A stretch of 64,000 nt of DNA from contig CAZVPD010000003.1 in assembly GCA_964628455.1 (NCBI GenBank), forward strand, positions 2,046 to 66,045. The letters run 5' to 3'. Shown here piece by piece: positions 45,586 through 53,666 of the stretch. The notes below the pieces were generated by a model that had not been told where the DNA came from, searched no databases, and was given only the letters and a program-made list of their open reading frames with translations. This DNA comes from an uncultured Lachnospiraceae bacterium (lineage in GTDB: Bacteria; Bacillota; Clostridia; Oscillospirales; CAG-272). Within the stretch, counting starts at the first letter, position 1; each line of letters opens with the position of its first letter. The position numbers and the translations under genes were made by a program.

Positions 45586-47775
45586 TTATCGGGACAGCAG
45601 AGCGACGGCGGAGACCGGGTCCGACTGCGCTCTGACCCGAAGCTCACCGGTCTTTTTTTCGATGACGGAGCATATCTCGGCACGGCGGGCTGTGATCTCC
45701 GCAACCATGGAAACAAGCGCGTCTGCTTCGAACAAAGCCACGCCGATATGATACGGCAGACCGTATTCCGCAGCCATCGCGCTGATCTTCATGTCGTAAG
45801 CGAGTCCGATAAAAGGAACGCCGGCGGAAGCGGCATAAATCGCTGCGTGCAGCCGCATGGCTATGATAAAGTTCATATGGCCGAACAATCCCGTAAGTTC
45901 GGAAGCCGATAATCCGCAGATCACCTTTCCGCCCGTTGCCGCCGCAATGCGGTGGCATATGGGCAGGTCTTTTACCGCCTGCATGGGAATGAAAAGGGGA
46001 ATACCCCCGCCGTTCTCCGAAATTTTCAATACGGCTTCGGTCAGCTTCTCTTCAAAGTTCTGCGCCGCATCCTTCCAGTGACGCAGCGCCACCGCGAAAT
46101 AACGTTCGTTCTTCCGGATGTCCTCCCGGTTCATCAGATAATCGGTCCATTCGGAGGCAGCCGGTCTTATGCAGAAAGCCGGATCTGCGGTAACGGCAAT
46201 GTTATTGTTCGTAACTCCTATAGAACGCATTTCTGCAGCGGATCCGTTTTCACGAAGGGTAATCAGGTCGGTTTTATTCAGGATATCACGCGCCGCCCTC
46301 CTGTTTTTCTCTCCTTTCAGAGGACCGATTCCCGATGCGTACATCATAATGCGCAGACCGTATTTTTTTGCGAGCTTCATGATTCCGATATAATACATAA
46401 GGGAGCGTGTGCTCGTTATATTCTGAATAAGGTTTCCGCTTCCGTTGATCAGAAGTTTCGCGTGTTTCAGGGAACGAATGACTGCAAACGGATTAAATCT
46501 GTTGACAGCCCGGATACCGTATCTCTGCGCTGTTTTACGCGGTGATCTGGACAATACCGTTATTTTTATGTCCGGCTGCAGCTGCCGCAGTCCTTCGACG
46601 ATCACAGCCAGCAGCGAATCGTCCCCCGTGTTTCCGAAACCGTAATACCCGCTGATGACAACATCGCCGTATCTATAGAACTCATAGGGGGTAAGCGCTT
46701 CATAGACCGACTCTGCATCGTCCGCCATTTTTTCTATGGTAAAATAACTGTTGACGACAGAACGGTTGTATTCGCCCATTTCGGTTTTTTCCGTGTCGGT
46801 CTTTTCGAAGACCGACAGTATATCCGCCCTGATCAGCTCTTCGGAGGAAGGGATGCAGCCGCGGCAGCAGAAGTTTGTTTCAAGCGCCGTCTGCAGTTTA
46901 TCGGGTCCGAAAACGCCTATGTATCCCTGAGAACCGGCCAGCACTACGGGCAGACCGGCAGCCATGGCTTCGAGTGCGGAGCGCGAAACCCCCAAAAAGA
47001 TCCCGCCTGCGGAGAGCAGGGCATGCACATCGGTGATCGCACCGATCAGACGAACCGATTCCCTGCCGATTTTCCGGTTGATATGATCCGCGGACGCGCC
47101 GAGTTCGCCGATTGCCGTACCGCTGCCGGCGATGATGATTTCTATATCGGGATATCTCTGTGCCAGCGCCTCCGCCGTCTGCACCAGCTGAAAAGCGACA
47201 TGCGCGCTTTCCCGGTCGATTCTGCCGACATAAAGCACGCGGTGTCCGGAGAAAAGTCCCGTTTCCGCATTCCCTCCGCGAAAACGAACGGTATCGATTC
47301 CGTTGATGGTCAGCGTTATATTGTCGGAATTCATATTGTAATGCCGGATCAGATACTGCTTTATATCGCAGCTGACCGCAAGGGCACGCTCGCCCCAGTT
47401 TGAAAAATATCTCCAATACGGAGTGACATTATATACGCCGTGGCAGGTGGTCATAAAGCGGAACCTGAGTTTTTTTGCAAGCAGACCGCATATAAAACCC
47501 GGAATCCGGGCGTGCGCATGCACGATATCGAATTTTTCCCTTTTGATGCACCGATATAATCCCGTATAAGAACGCCATACCGCCGCCGGATTTTTGCTGT
47601 TGAGCGGAAGGGAGATATGACGGACCCCCGCGCTGATGATGTCCTGTACAAAAACACCCCCGTTGGAGGCGACAACGACATCCATACCGCGGCGAACAAG
47701 TTCTTTTGCCAGTTCTACGATATGCGTTTCCGCTCCGCCTATGCCGAGAGACATGGTGGTCATGAGAATTTTCAT
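45586..47775 (-). CDS. fusion protein: GT4-type glycosyltransferase + polysaccharide pyruvyl transferase CsaB
   Basis: 729 aa. N-terminal GT4 (MKILMTTMSLGIGGAETHIVELAKEL; ALEAMAAGLPVV). C-terminal half has VVISGYYGFGNTGDDSLL and NGSGNLIQNITSTRSLMYY, typical of CsaB pyruvyl transferases. Confidence 0.75.
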   Translation of the reverse strand: MKILMTTMSLGIGGAETHIVELAKELVRRGMDVVVASNGGVFVQDIISAGVRHISLPLNSKNPAAVWRSYTGLYRCIKREKFDIVHAHARIPGFICGLLAKKLRFRFMTTCHGVYNVTPYWRYFSNWGERALAVSCDIKQYLIRHYNMNSDNITLTINGIDTVRFRGGNAETGLFSGHRVLYVGRIDRESAHVAFQLVQTAEALAQRYPDIEIIIAGSGTAIGELGASADHINRKIGRESVRLIGAITDVHALLSAGGIFLGVSRSALEAMAAGLPVVLAGSQGYIGVFGPDKLQTALETNFCCRGCIPSSEELIRADILSVFEKTDTEKTEMGEYNRSVVNSYFTIEKMADDAESVYEALTPYEFYRYGDVVISGYYGFGNTGDDSLLAVIVEGLRQLQPDIKITVLSRSPRKTAQRYGIRAVNRFNPFAVIRSLKHAKLLINGSGNLIQNITSTRSLMYYIGIMKLAKKYGLRIMMYASGIGPLKGEKNRRAARDILNKTDLITLRENGSAAEMRSIGVTNNNIAVTADPAFCIRPAASEWTDYLMNREDIRKNERYFAVALRHWKDAAQNFEEKLTEAVLKISENGGGIPLFIPMQAVKDLPICHRIAAATGGKVICGLSASELTGLFGHMNFIIAMRLHAAIYAASAGVPFIGLAYDMKISAMAAEYGLPYHIGVALFEADALVSMVAEITARRAEICSVIEKKTGELRVRAQSDPVSAVALLSR

Positions 47776-47887
47776 CAGATCGATCCTCCTCCGGATGATT
47801 TATTAAAAAGCGGACGTGTTGCATGGCGCAATACGTCCGGTATTTTCAACATCCTTTCCCTCGTTAAATGCTGAATCGGCCGGTTTT

Positions 47888-48787
47888 TTATTGCGGTTCG
47901 GCCGTTTCGGCAGTCGTTTCGGCTGCGGGAGTTTCTGTTTCCGTTTCGGTTGCCGGTTCTGTTTCAACGCGCAGGATTTTGCCGTTTTCAAAATATCCCT
48001 CATATGTCCGTCCGGCAGGCCATTTATAAATTCCCCAGCCGTTCATTTTGTTGTCCGCAAATTCGCCTTCATATACTTCTCCGTTGGCCCATTTGTATAT
48101 TCCCCTGCCGGTGCGGATGTCATTCTGGAATTCTCCTTCGTAAATATCCCCGTTGGCAAAGGTATATACGCCTGTCCCGTGTTTGGTCTCTTCTGCGTAA
48201 GTCCCTTCATAGAACGAGCCGTCAGCCCACGTGTATTTCCCCTTTCCGTCCTTCATGTCGTTTTTAAACTCACCGATATATATCGAGCCGTCAATCCACG
48301 TGTATATTCCGAAACCTTCTTTTTTCCCGTTCAGCAGCTCGCCTTCATACACATCGCCGCTTGAAAAGGTAAATGTTCCCGAACCCGTTATTTCGTCCCG
48401 TACAAAATCTCCTTCATATACGTCTCCCGAAGAATAGGTGATTTTCCCTTTTCCGTGTTTGAGCAGATCTTCCAGTCCGCCTTCGTATATATCGCCGTTT
48501 GAATAGGTCACGGTACCGGCTTCGCTGTCAATCTCGGCGGTTCCCCCGCTTGAAAAATAGAGTCTTCCCGACAAAGGAGAACCCAGGTCGTCAACCCTCC
48601 CGAAAAACTTTACAAAACGGCCGTCTCCGACATCCACTTTCATATAGCGGATTCCGGAAAAATAAATCGCCAAAAAAACCGCTGCGACAAAGATAACCGC
48701 CAGGATAAATGTCACCAGAAGTATAAAAGCCGTGCTGCGGTGCTTTCTTTTACGGCGTACGGGCCGTTGATTTCTTTTGTTTTCCAT
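47888..48787 (-). CDS. membrane-anchored MORN-repeat protein
   Basis: 299 aa. Basic N terminus plus TM (STAFILLVTFILAVIFVAAVFLAIYF). About 8-9 MORN repeats (GDIYEGG, GDVYEGDF, GDVYEGELLNGKKEGFG, GSIYIGEFKNDMKDGKG, GSFYEGTY, GDIYEGEFQNDIRTGRG, GEVYEGEF, GRTYEGYF). T/E-rich tail. Confidence 0.8.
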   Translation of the reverse strand: MENKRNQRPVRRKRKHRSTAFILLVTFILAVIFVAAVFLAIYFSGIRYMKVDVGDGRFVKFFGRVDDLGSPLSGRLYFSSGGTAEIDSEAGTVTYSNGDIYEGGLEDLLKHGKGKITYSSGDVYEGDFVRDEITGSGTFTFSSGDVYEGELLNGKKEGFGIYTWIDGSIYIGEFKNDMKDGKGKYTWADGSFYEGTYAEETKHGTGVYTFANGDIYEGEFQNDIRTGRGIYKWANGEVYEGEFADNKMNGWGIYKWPAGRTYEGYFENGKILRVETEPATETETETPAAETTAETAEPQ

Positions 48788-48858
48788 ATAGACTCCATTA
48801 TATATATTCCTGTTGTAATATTCCGGTTTCGGAATATCCGCAACCGGTTCCTCCGTCT

Positions 48859-49425
48859 TTATTCCAGAGGAGAAACGAACTCAACAAAGTTTTTCAGCAT
48901 CTGAATAAGATCCGGAACAACCGTGAATGAAAGGATCGCCACGGTTAAAAACAAGGCTATCGTCATAACGACGACAAGCAGGCTCGTTCCGTTGTCGCTG
49001 TAAAGAGAATCGGCGCGCATCACCATCTCATGAGGGATGTAAAATTTCAGCTCGGACAGCAGGGGCTGCGCCCGACGGCTCTTTTTCCGGCGGATTTTGC
49101 CCGTGTTTTCCGGAAGAGCCGGTTCGGAACCAACCGCGTTTTCGCCCCCGGCCGGTGAGGCCTGAATGATTTTACGGTAGGTACTCCTGATCCGCAGCGA
49201 GAATTTTACAAAGACATTTTTTGAAAAGCCGGTTTCCTCAAGCGTTTTTGCGGTTTCAGGTGTATTGGACCCCGTTTCCAGCAGTTTGCGAACAAATGAG
49301 CCGAGAACGCTTTTATTATACAATATAACAAATGCGCCTAAAATGACGCCCAAAAACATCGACCATACAATAATCTCAAGTGTCATTCCTTTATAAGTCA
49401 GCCACGAATTGAGATCAAGTCCCAT
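48859..49425 (-). CDS. hypothetical membrane protein
   Basis: 188 aa. TM segments near the N terminus (IIVWSMFLGVILGAFVILY) and the C terminus (LLVVVMTIALFLTVAILSFTVV), with a basic central loop. No family recognised. Confidence 0.55.
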   Translation of the reverse strand: MGLDLNSWLTYKGMTLEIIVWSMFLGVILGAFVILYNKSVLGSFVRKLLETGSNTPETAKTLEETGFSKNVFVKFSLRIRSTYRKIIQASPAGGENAVGSEPALPENTGKIRRKKSRRAQPLLSELKFYIPHEMVMRADSLYSDNGTSLLVVVMTIALFLTVAILSFTVVPDLIQMLKNFVEFVSPLE

Positions 49426-49450
49426 CTGATAACCTCCGCTGAACCTTCAT

Positions 49451-50725
49451 TCATTTTTTTATCACGTCAAATCCGGTATATCTGCGCAATACCTCGGGTA
49501 TAGTTACGCTGCCGTCGGCATTCTGATAATTTTCCAAAATCGCGGCGACCGTTCTGCCTATCGCCACACCGGACCCGTTGAGCGTATGAACAAGACGGGC
49601 TTTGTCTTTTAAGTCCCGCTTGTATTTGATATTGGCACGGCGTGCCTGAAAGTCCTCGAAGTTCGAGCAGGAACTGATCTCGACGTAGCGCCCGTATGAC
49701 GGCATATATACTTCGATATCATAGGTTTTAGCCGATGAAAAGCCCATGTCTCCCGTGGACAGGCAGACAACCCGGTGAGCCAGCCCCAAACCCTGCAGAA
49801 CACGCTGAGCGTCGAGGGTGAGTGACTCGAGTTCGTCGTATGATGTTTCCGGTTCGGAAAATTTAACAAGCTCGACTTTGTTGAACTGGTGCTGCCGTAT
49901 CAGTCCGCGGGTATCTCTGCCCGCACTGCCGGCTTCCGCGCGGAAACAGGCTGAATACGCGCAGTATTTCAGGGGCAGAACCTCCGCCTGCATGATCTCG
50001 TCGCGGTGCATGTTTGTGACGGGAACCTCGGCTGTCGGTATTAAAAAATAATCGGAACCGGCAAGTTTGAATGCATCTTCTTCAAATTTCGGCAGCTGAC
50101 CCGTTCCCCGCATCGAATCCCTGTTCACCAGAAAAGGCGGAAATATTTCGGTATATCCGTGGTCCGAATGAGTGTCCAGATAGTAATTTACGACCGCCCG
50201 CTCGAGCTTTGCGCCGGCTCCGCGATAAAAATGGAAACGCGCGCCTGTAACCTTGGCCGCAGTTTCCGGATCGAGTATATGCAGCGAAGCGCCGAGGTCC
50301 CAGTGGGCAAGAGGCGTAAAATCAAACACCCGGGGCTCGCTCCAGCGCCTTACTTCCACATTGGCCGTATCGTCCGGTCCGGACGGCACCGATTCGTGCG
50401 GAAGATTGGGTATAAAAAGGAGGATCTGTTCGATTTCGGAGTCGAGTTCGGCTATTTTATCAAAATCGATTTTTACCCGGTCCGATAATTCTTTCATTTC
50501 GGCAAATATCTCCGAAGTATCTTTTCCTTCTTTTTTTAAGGCCGGTATCAGGCGGGAAACAGCGTTCTGCCTGGCCTTCTGTGCTTCCGCGTCCGCAATC
50601 AGAGAACGGCGGGAACTGTCGCATTCAAGCAGACGGTCGATTTCCGCACTGTAATTTTTATTGCGCGTCCCGAGGCGCTCTTTTACAAAAGCGGGATTCT
50701 CTTTGATTAATTTGATATCAAGCAT
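49451..50725 (-). CDS. serS: serine--tRNA ligase
   Basis: 424 aa. N-terminal coiled-coil [18 protein letters not shown]. Class II motifs [21 protein letters not shown] and GSGVAIGRT. Confidence 0.95.
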   Translation of the reverse strand: MLDIKLIKENPAFVKERLGTRNKNYSAEIDRLLECDSSRRSLIADAEAQKARQNAVSRLIPALKKEGKDTSEIFAEMKELSDRVKIDFDKIAELDSEIEQILLFIPNLPHESVPSGPDDTANVEVRRWSEPRVFDFTPLAHWDLGASLHILDPETAAKVTGARFHFYRGAGAKLERAVVNYYLDTHSDHGYTEIFPPFLVNRDSMRGTGQLPKFEEDAFKLAGSDYFLIPTAEVPVTNMHRDEIMQAEVLPLKYCAYSACFRAEAGSAGRDTRGLIRQHQFNKVELVKFSEPETSYDELESLTLDAQRVLQGLGLAHRVVCLSTGDMGFSSAKTYDIEVYMPSYGRYVEISSCSNFEDFQARRANIKYKRDLKDKARLVHTLNGSGVAIGRTVAAILENYQNADGSVTIPEVLRRYTGFDVIKK

Positions 50726-50761
50726 GAAGCAATACCTTCTTTAATTCATATAGTATTTAAA

Positions 50762-51667
50762 TCACTCTTCATCCGAAAGGCTGTCTCCGCATAGTTTATG
50801 CAGCAGGATTCCAAGATCGTCGTTGTCTTCGTATTCAATGATCAGAGTATTCGGCTTTTGGGGGTTTTTATTGGAAATCCGGATCCTGCGGCCCAGTATA
50901 TTTGTCACTTTCCGCTCCAGCTCGGCATTGTAGTCCACGGACGGCGGTTTTTCGTCTTCCTGTCCGACGACCCTTTTTTTCTCTTCCGTCCGGTTCACAG
51001 ACCGTACCGCTTCTTCGGCAGCGCGTACCGAAAGCCCTTTTTTTAGTATGCTGCCTGCAAGCGTTTCCATATCCTCCCTGTTTTTCAGTCCCAGAAGCGC
51101 CCGTGCATGTCCGGCCGTCAGCTTGTCTTCCGCAACCATATTCAAAACTTTTTCCGGAAGGTCGAAAAGCCGCAGGGAATTGGCAACCGCACTTCGGCTG
51201 CGCCCGATCCGCCTGGATACTTCCTCCTGCGTGAGTCCGTATTCGTCTATTAAAGCACGGTATCCGCCCGCTTCCTCGACCGCATTGAGATTTTCACGCT
51301 GGATGTTTTCGATCAGTGCAAGTTCGGATGCACGCCTGTCGTCGGTATCCATGATGATAACCGGTATTTCGCTCAAACCCGCCATTTTTGCCGCCCGCCA
51401 GCGGCGCTCTCCGGCGATAATCTGGTAAAAGCCGTTCTCGCCTGCTCTCACCGCAATGGGTTGAATGATCCCGTTAGCCGCTATCGAATCGGCAAGCTGC
51501 GAAAGGCTTTCCATGTCGAAATTTTTCCGCGGCTGTCCGGAACGCGGTTCTATGTCGGATATACGAAGCATCGATGTGGTGCCCCGTTCATCTGCGGTAT
51601 TGTCGAGAAAGATGGCGTCAAGTCCGCGTCCGAGTCCGCCGGCTCTCGGTTTCTTTTCGTTTGCCAT
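50762..51667 (-). CDS. parB: ParB/Spo0J chromosome partitioning protein
   Basis: 301 aa. Contains GLGRGLDAIF, ParB box IIQPIAVR..YQIIAGERRWRAAKMAG, and HTH LTQEEVSRRIGRSRSAVANSLRLF. Confidence 0.9.
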   Translation of the reverse strand: MANEKKPRAGGLGRGLDAIFLDNTADERGTTSMLRISDIEPRSGQPRKNFDMESLSQLADSIAANGIIQPIAVRAGENGFYQIIAGERRWRAAKMAGLSEIPVIIMDTDDRRASELALIENIQRENLNAVEEAGGYRALIDEYGLTQEEVSRRIGRSRSAVANSLRLFDLPEKVLNMVAEDKLTAGHARALLGLKNREDMETLAGSILKKGLSVRAAEEAVRSVNRTEEKKRVVGQEDEKPPSVDYNAELERKVTNILGRRIRISNKNPQKPNTLIIEYEDNDDLGILLHKLCGDSLSDEE

Positions 51668-51814
51668 TTTTCCGCTCCTTTATAGGTCAACTGTACCTTC
51701 TGTCCCTTGTATGGAAAGTATAAAAAGCAGCGCTTGCGTTATAGTTTGCGGGGTTCATAACGCTGACCGCCCGGATATATGCCGATTCCCGGTTTTATTT
51801 CATTTAAGAAGGGG

Positions 51815-52576
51815 TCAGATCCGCTCCATGATTTCATCGGCAACGCTGTTGTATGCCTCTGTCCCCTTTGAATGGCGGTCAAAATACTGTATCGGCATAC
51901 CGAATCCCGGCGCTTCACTGAGCCTGACATTGCGCAGTATGGTTGTGGCGAAGAGTTTGCCGGCATAATATTTTTTAAGCTCATCCATCACCTGCAGCGA
52001 CAGATTAAGCCGTCCGTTGTACATGGTAATAAGGATTCCGGTTATGTCAAGAGCCGGATTATATAATTTTTTTACTTGCTTTATCGTAATTAAAAGCTGC
52101 GACAGTCCTTCCAGTGCGTAATATTCGCACTGCATGGGGACAATGACCCCGTCCGCAGCGGTAAGGGCATTTACCGTAAGAATTCCGAGAGAAGGCGGGC
52201 AGTCGATAAAAATATAATCAAATCTGTTTTTTATCGGAGCCAGCGCATTTCTGAGCCTGGTCTCCCTTGCTTCGGAAGAAACCAGTTCGAATTCCGCTCC
52301 GGCAAGCGATATATTAGCCGGCATAATCCATAAGTTTTTATAGCCGGTTTCTACGATAACGCTTTCTGCTCCGGCTCTGTTGATAAGCACGTCATAGGTA
52401 GACAAACGCATGTTTTTTTTGTTGATGCCGACTCCGCTTGAGGTGTTTCCCTGCGGGTCCGAATCGATAAGCAATACGCGCTTTTCTTTTACGCCGATAG
52501 CGGCGGCTATATTCACTGCCGACGTAGTCTTGCCGACGCCGCCTTTCTGATTCGCCAACGCTATGATTTTTGCCAA
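51815..52576 (-). CDS. parA: ParA/Soj chromosome partitioning ATPase
   Basis: TTG start 52576 (GAGAGG RBS 8 nt upstream) gives (M)AKIIALANQKGGVGKTT deviant Walker A and a 253-aa product. The 422-aa ORF in the track is an unsupported upstream extension overlapping rsmG. Confidence 0.9.
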   Translation of the reverse strand: MAKIIALANQKGGVGKTTSAVNIAAAIGVKEKRVLLIDSDPQGNTSSGVGINKKNMRLSTYDVLINRAGAESVIVETGYKNLWIMPANISLAGAEFELVSSEARETRLRNALAPIKNRFDYIFIDCPPSLGILTVNALTAADGVIVPMQCEYYALEGLSQLLITIKQVKKLYNPALDITGILITMYNGRLNLSLQVMDELKKYYAGKLFATTILRNVRLSEAPGFGMPIQYFDRHSKGTEAYNSVADEIMERI

Positions 52577-52679
52577 ATCCGCCGCCTCTCTTCCGTGTTT
52601 TCTGTTTGTTTCACCGGTATCTCGCCGGTATATTAAGGACAGCGTTTTTATTCCCGCACCGCCGTTTATAGTAAAACCA

Positions 52680-52708
52680 ATTATATCAATTATATAGCCT
52701 GTTGTCAA
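52680..52708 (-). promoter_or_regulatory. consensus sigma-A type promoter of parA-parB
   Basis: Minus strand TTGACA (52708-52703), 17-nt spacer, TATAAT (52685-52680), about 100 nt upstream of the TTG start. Confidence 0.6.
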
Positions 52709-52793
52709 CGGTTCGGTGACCGAATTTACGTAATTTTCAAACAAACCGGAGATACTGTCTTTGGTATGCCGCGAAAACGTTTTCCCGCCGGAT

Positions 52794-52809
52794 TGTTTCA
52801 CGTGAAACA
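52794..52809. promoter_or_regulatory. parS (ParB/Spo0J binding site), perfect consensus
   Basis: TGTTTCACGTGAAACA, identical to the copy at 45550-45565. Lies in the rsmG-parA spacer, 85 bp upstream of the parA -35 box. Confidence 0.8.
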
Positions 52810-52868
52810 ACAGATCTGTAAATTTACCGGAAGAGGGAGGGAACTGTTTGTCCAGGGGTTCAGGACAT

Positions 52869-52895
52869 AAAAAAATCCCGCTTTTCAGTCGGAAT
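52869..52895 (-). terminator. probable terminator of rsmG
   Basis: Minus strand ATTCCG-actgaaaag-CGGGAT 6-bp stem (one G-U) followed by TTTTTT, starting 3 nt after the rsmG stop. Confidence 0.5.
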
Positions 52896-52898
52896 TTT

Positions 52899-53660
52899 TC
52901 AGAGCGGCTTTTTGTTGATTTGCGAAAATTGACGCGGGTAGTTTTTCGGAGTTGTCCCGGTTTTACGTATGATGACCGTGCATCTTTTTTGTTTTTGTCC
53001 GTCTGCAATGAGAAATCCCTCGCTTTTTTCGATCCGGGTCCCTCCCAGTATCCGGACCGCGTTTTCCGCTTCCCTGATTTCAAGAATGCCTTCCGCGCCC
53101 TTCATGGCAATAAAAACACCGCCGACTGCCGTAAACGGCAGACAAAGTTCGCTGAGAACATTCAGACGCGCGACCGCTCTTGCTGTAACGATTGTAAATC
53201 GTTCTCTGAAAGCCGCTTCATGCGCAGCGCTTTCAGCCCGCCGGTTCAATGTGGTGATATTTGCGATCTGCAGCGAAGATGCTGCCTCATCAATAAACGC
53301 AAGCTTTTTTAAGGTGCTGTCAAGCGCCGTAACCGATACATCGGGACGTGCCGCGGCAATGGGAAGAGAAGGAAATCCCGCGCCGGCGCCCACATCGAGT
53401 ACCGACGCATTCATCGGGATCAGCCTGCAGACAGCCAGGCTGTCTGCAAGATGCTTCGCGATTATATCGGCCGGACGGCGTATGGCCGTCAGGTTTGTAT
53501 GGGCGTTATATTGCAGCAGCAGTTCCGTGAGTAAATACATCCGGCCGGATAAACCGGTATATTCGGCAAGTCCGTTTTCTTTCAGACACGACGTGAAAGC
53601 TTCATTGAACTCGGTTTGACTCATCATGGGGAGATCCCTGCTTTTTGTGTTTTTGGTCAT
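52899..53660 (-). CDS. rsmG: 16S rRNA (guanine527-N7)-methyltransferase RsmG (GidB)
   Basis: 253 aa. Contains HTNLTAIR and SAM-binding LDVGAGAGFPSLPIA. Start uncertain (ATG 53660, 53627 or 53624). Confidence 0.9.
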   Translation of the reverse strand: MTKNTKSRDLPMMSQTEFNEAFTSCLKENGLAEYTGLSGRMYLLTELLLQYNAHTNLTAIRRPADIIAKHLADSLAVCRLIPMNASVLDVGAGAGFPSLPIAAARPDVSVTALDSTLKKLAFIDEAASSLQIANITTLNRRAESAAHEAAFRERFTIVTARAVARLNVLSELCLPFTAVGGVFIAMKGAEGILEIREAENAVRILGGTRIEKSEGFLIADGQKQKRCTVIIRKTGTTPKNYPRQFSQINKKPL

Positions 53661-53666
53661 TCTTTC

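Noticed and set aside
45423-45716. 97-aa minus-strand ORF spanning the pyrE-upstream spacer
   Set aside because: It reads through the parS palindrome and overlaps the 3-prime end of the GT4-CsaB gene. It is Arg/Ser/Pro-rich and has no RBS.
50726-50761. Looked for a T-box leader upstream of serS
   Set aside because: Only 36 nt separate the parB stop from the serS start, so there is no room for a T-box. serS appears co-transcribed with parAB.
51815-53083. 422-aa version of the ParA ORF extending 169 codons upstream
   Set aside because: The extension overlaps rsmG by about 185 nt. It runs through the rsmG terminator, the parS site and a perfect promoter, and it is Lys/Arg/Ser-rich. The Walker A motif starts right after a TTG with a good RBS, giving the canonical 253-aa Soj length.
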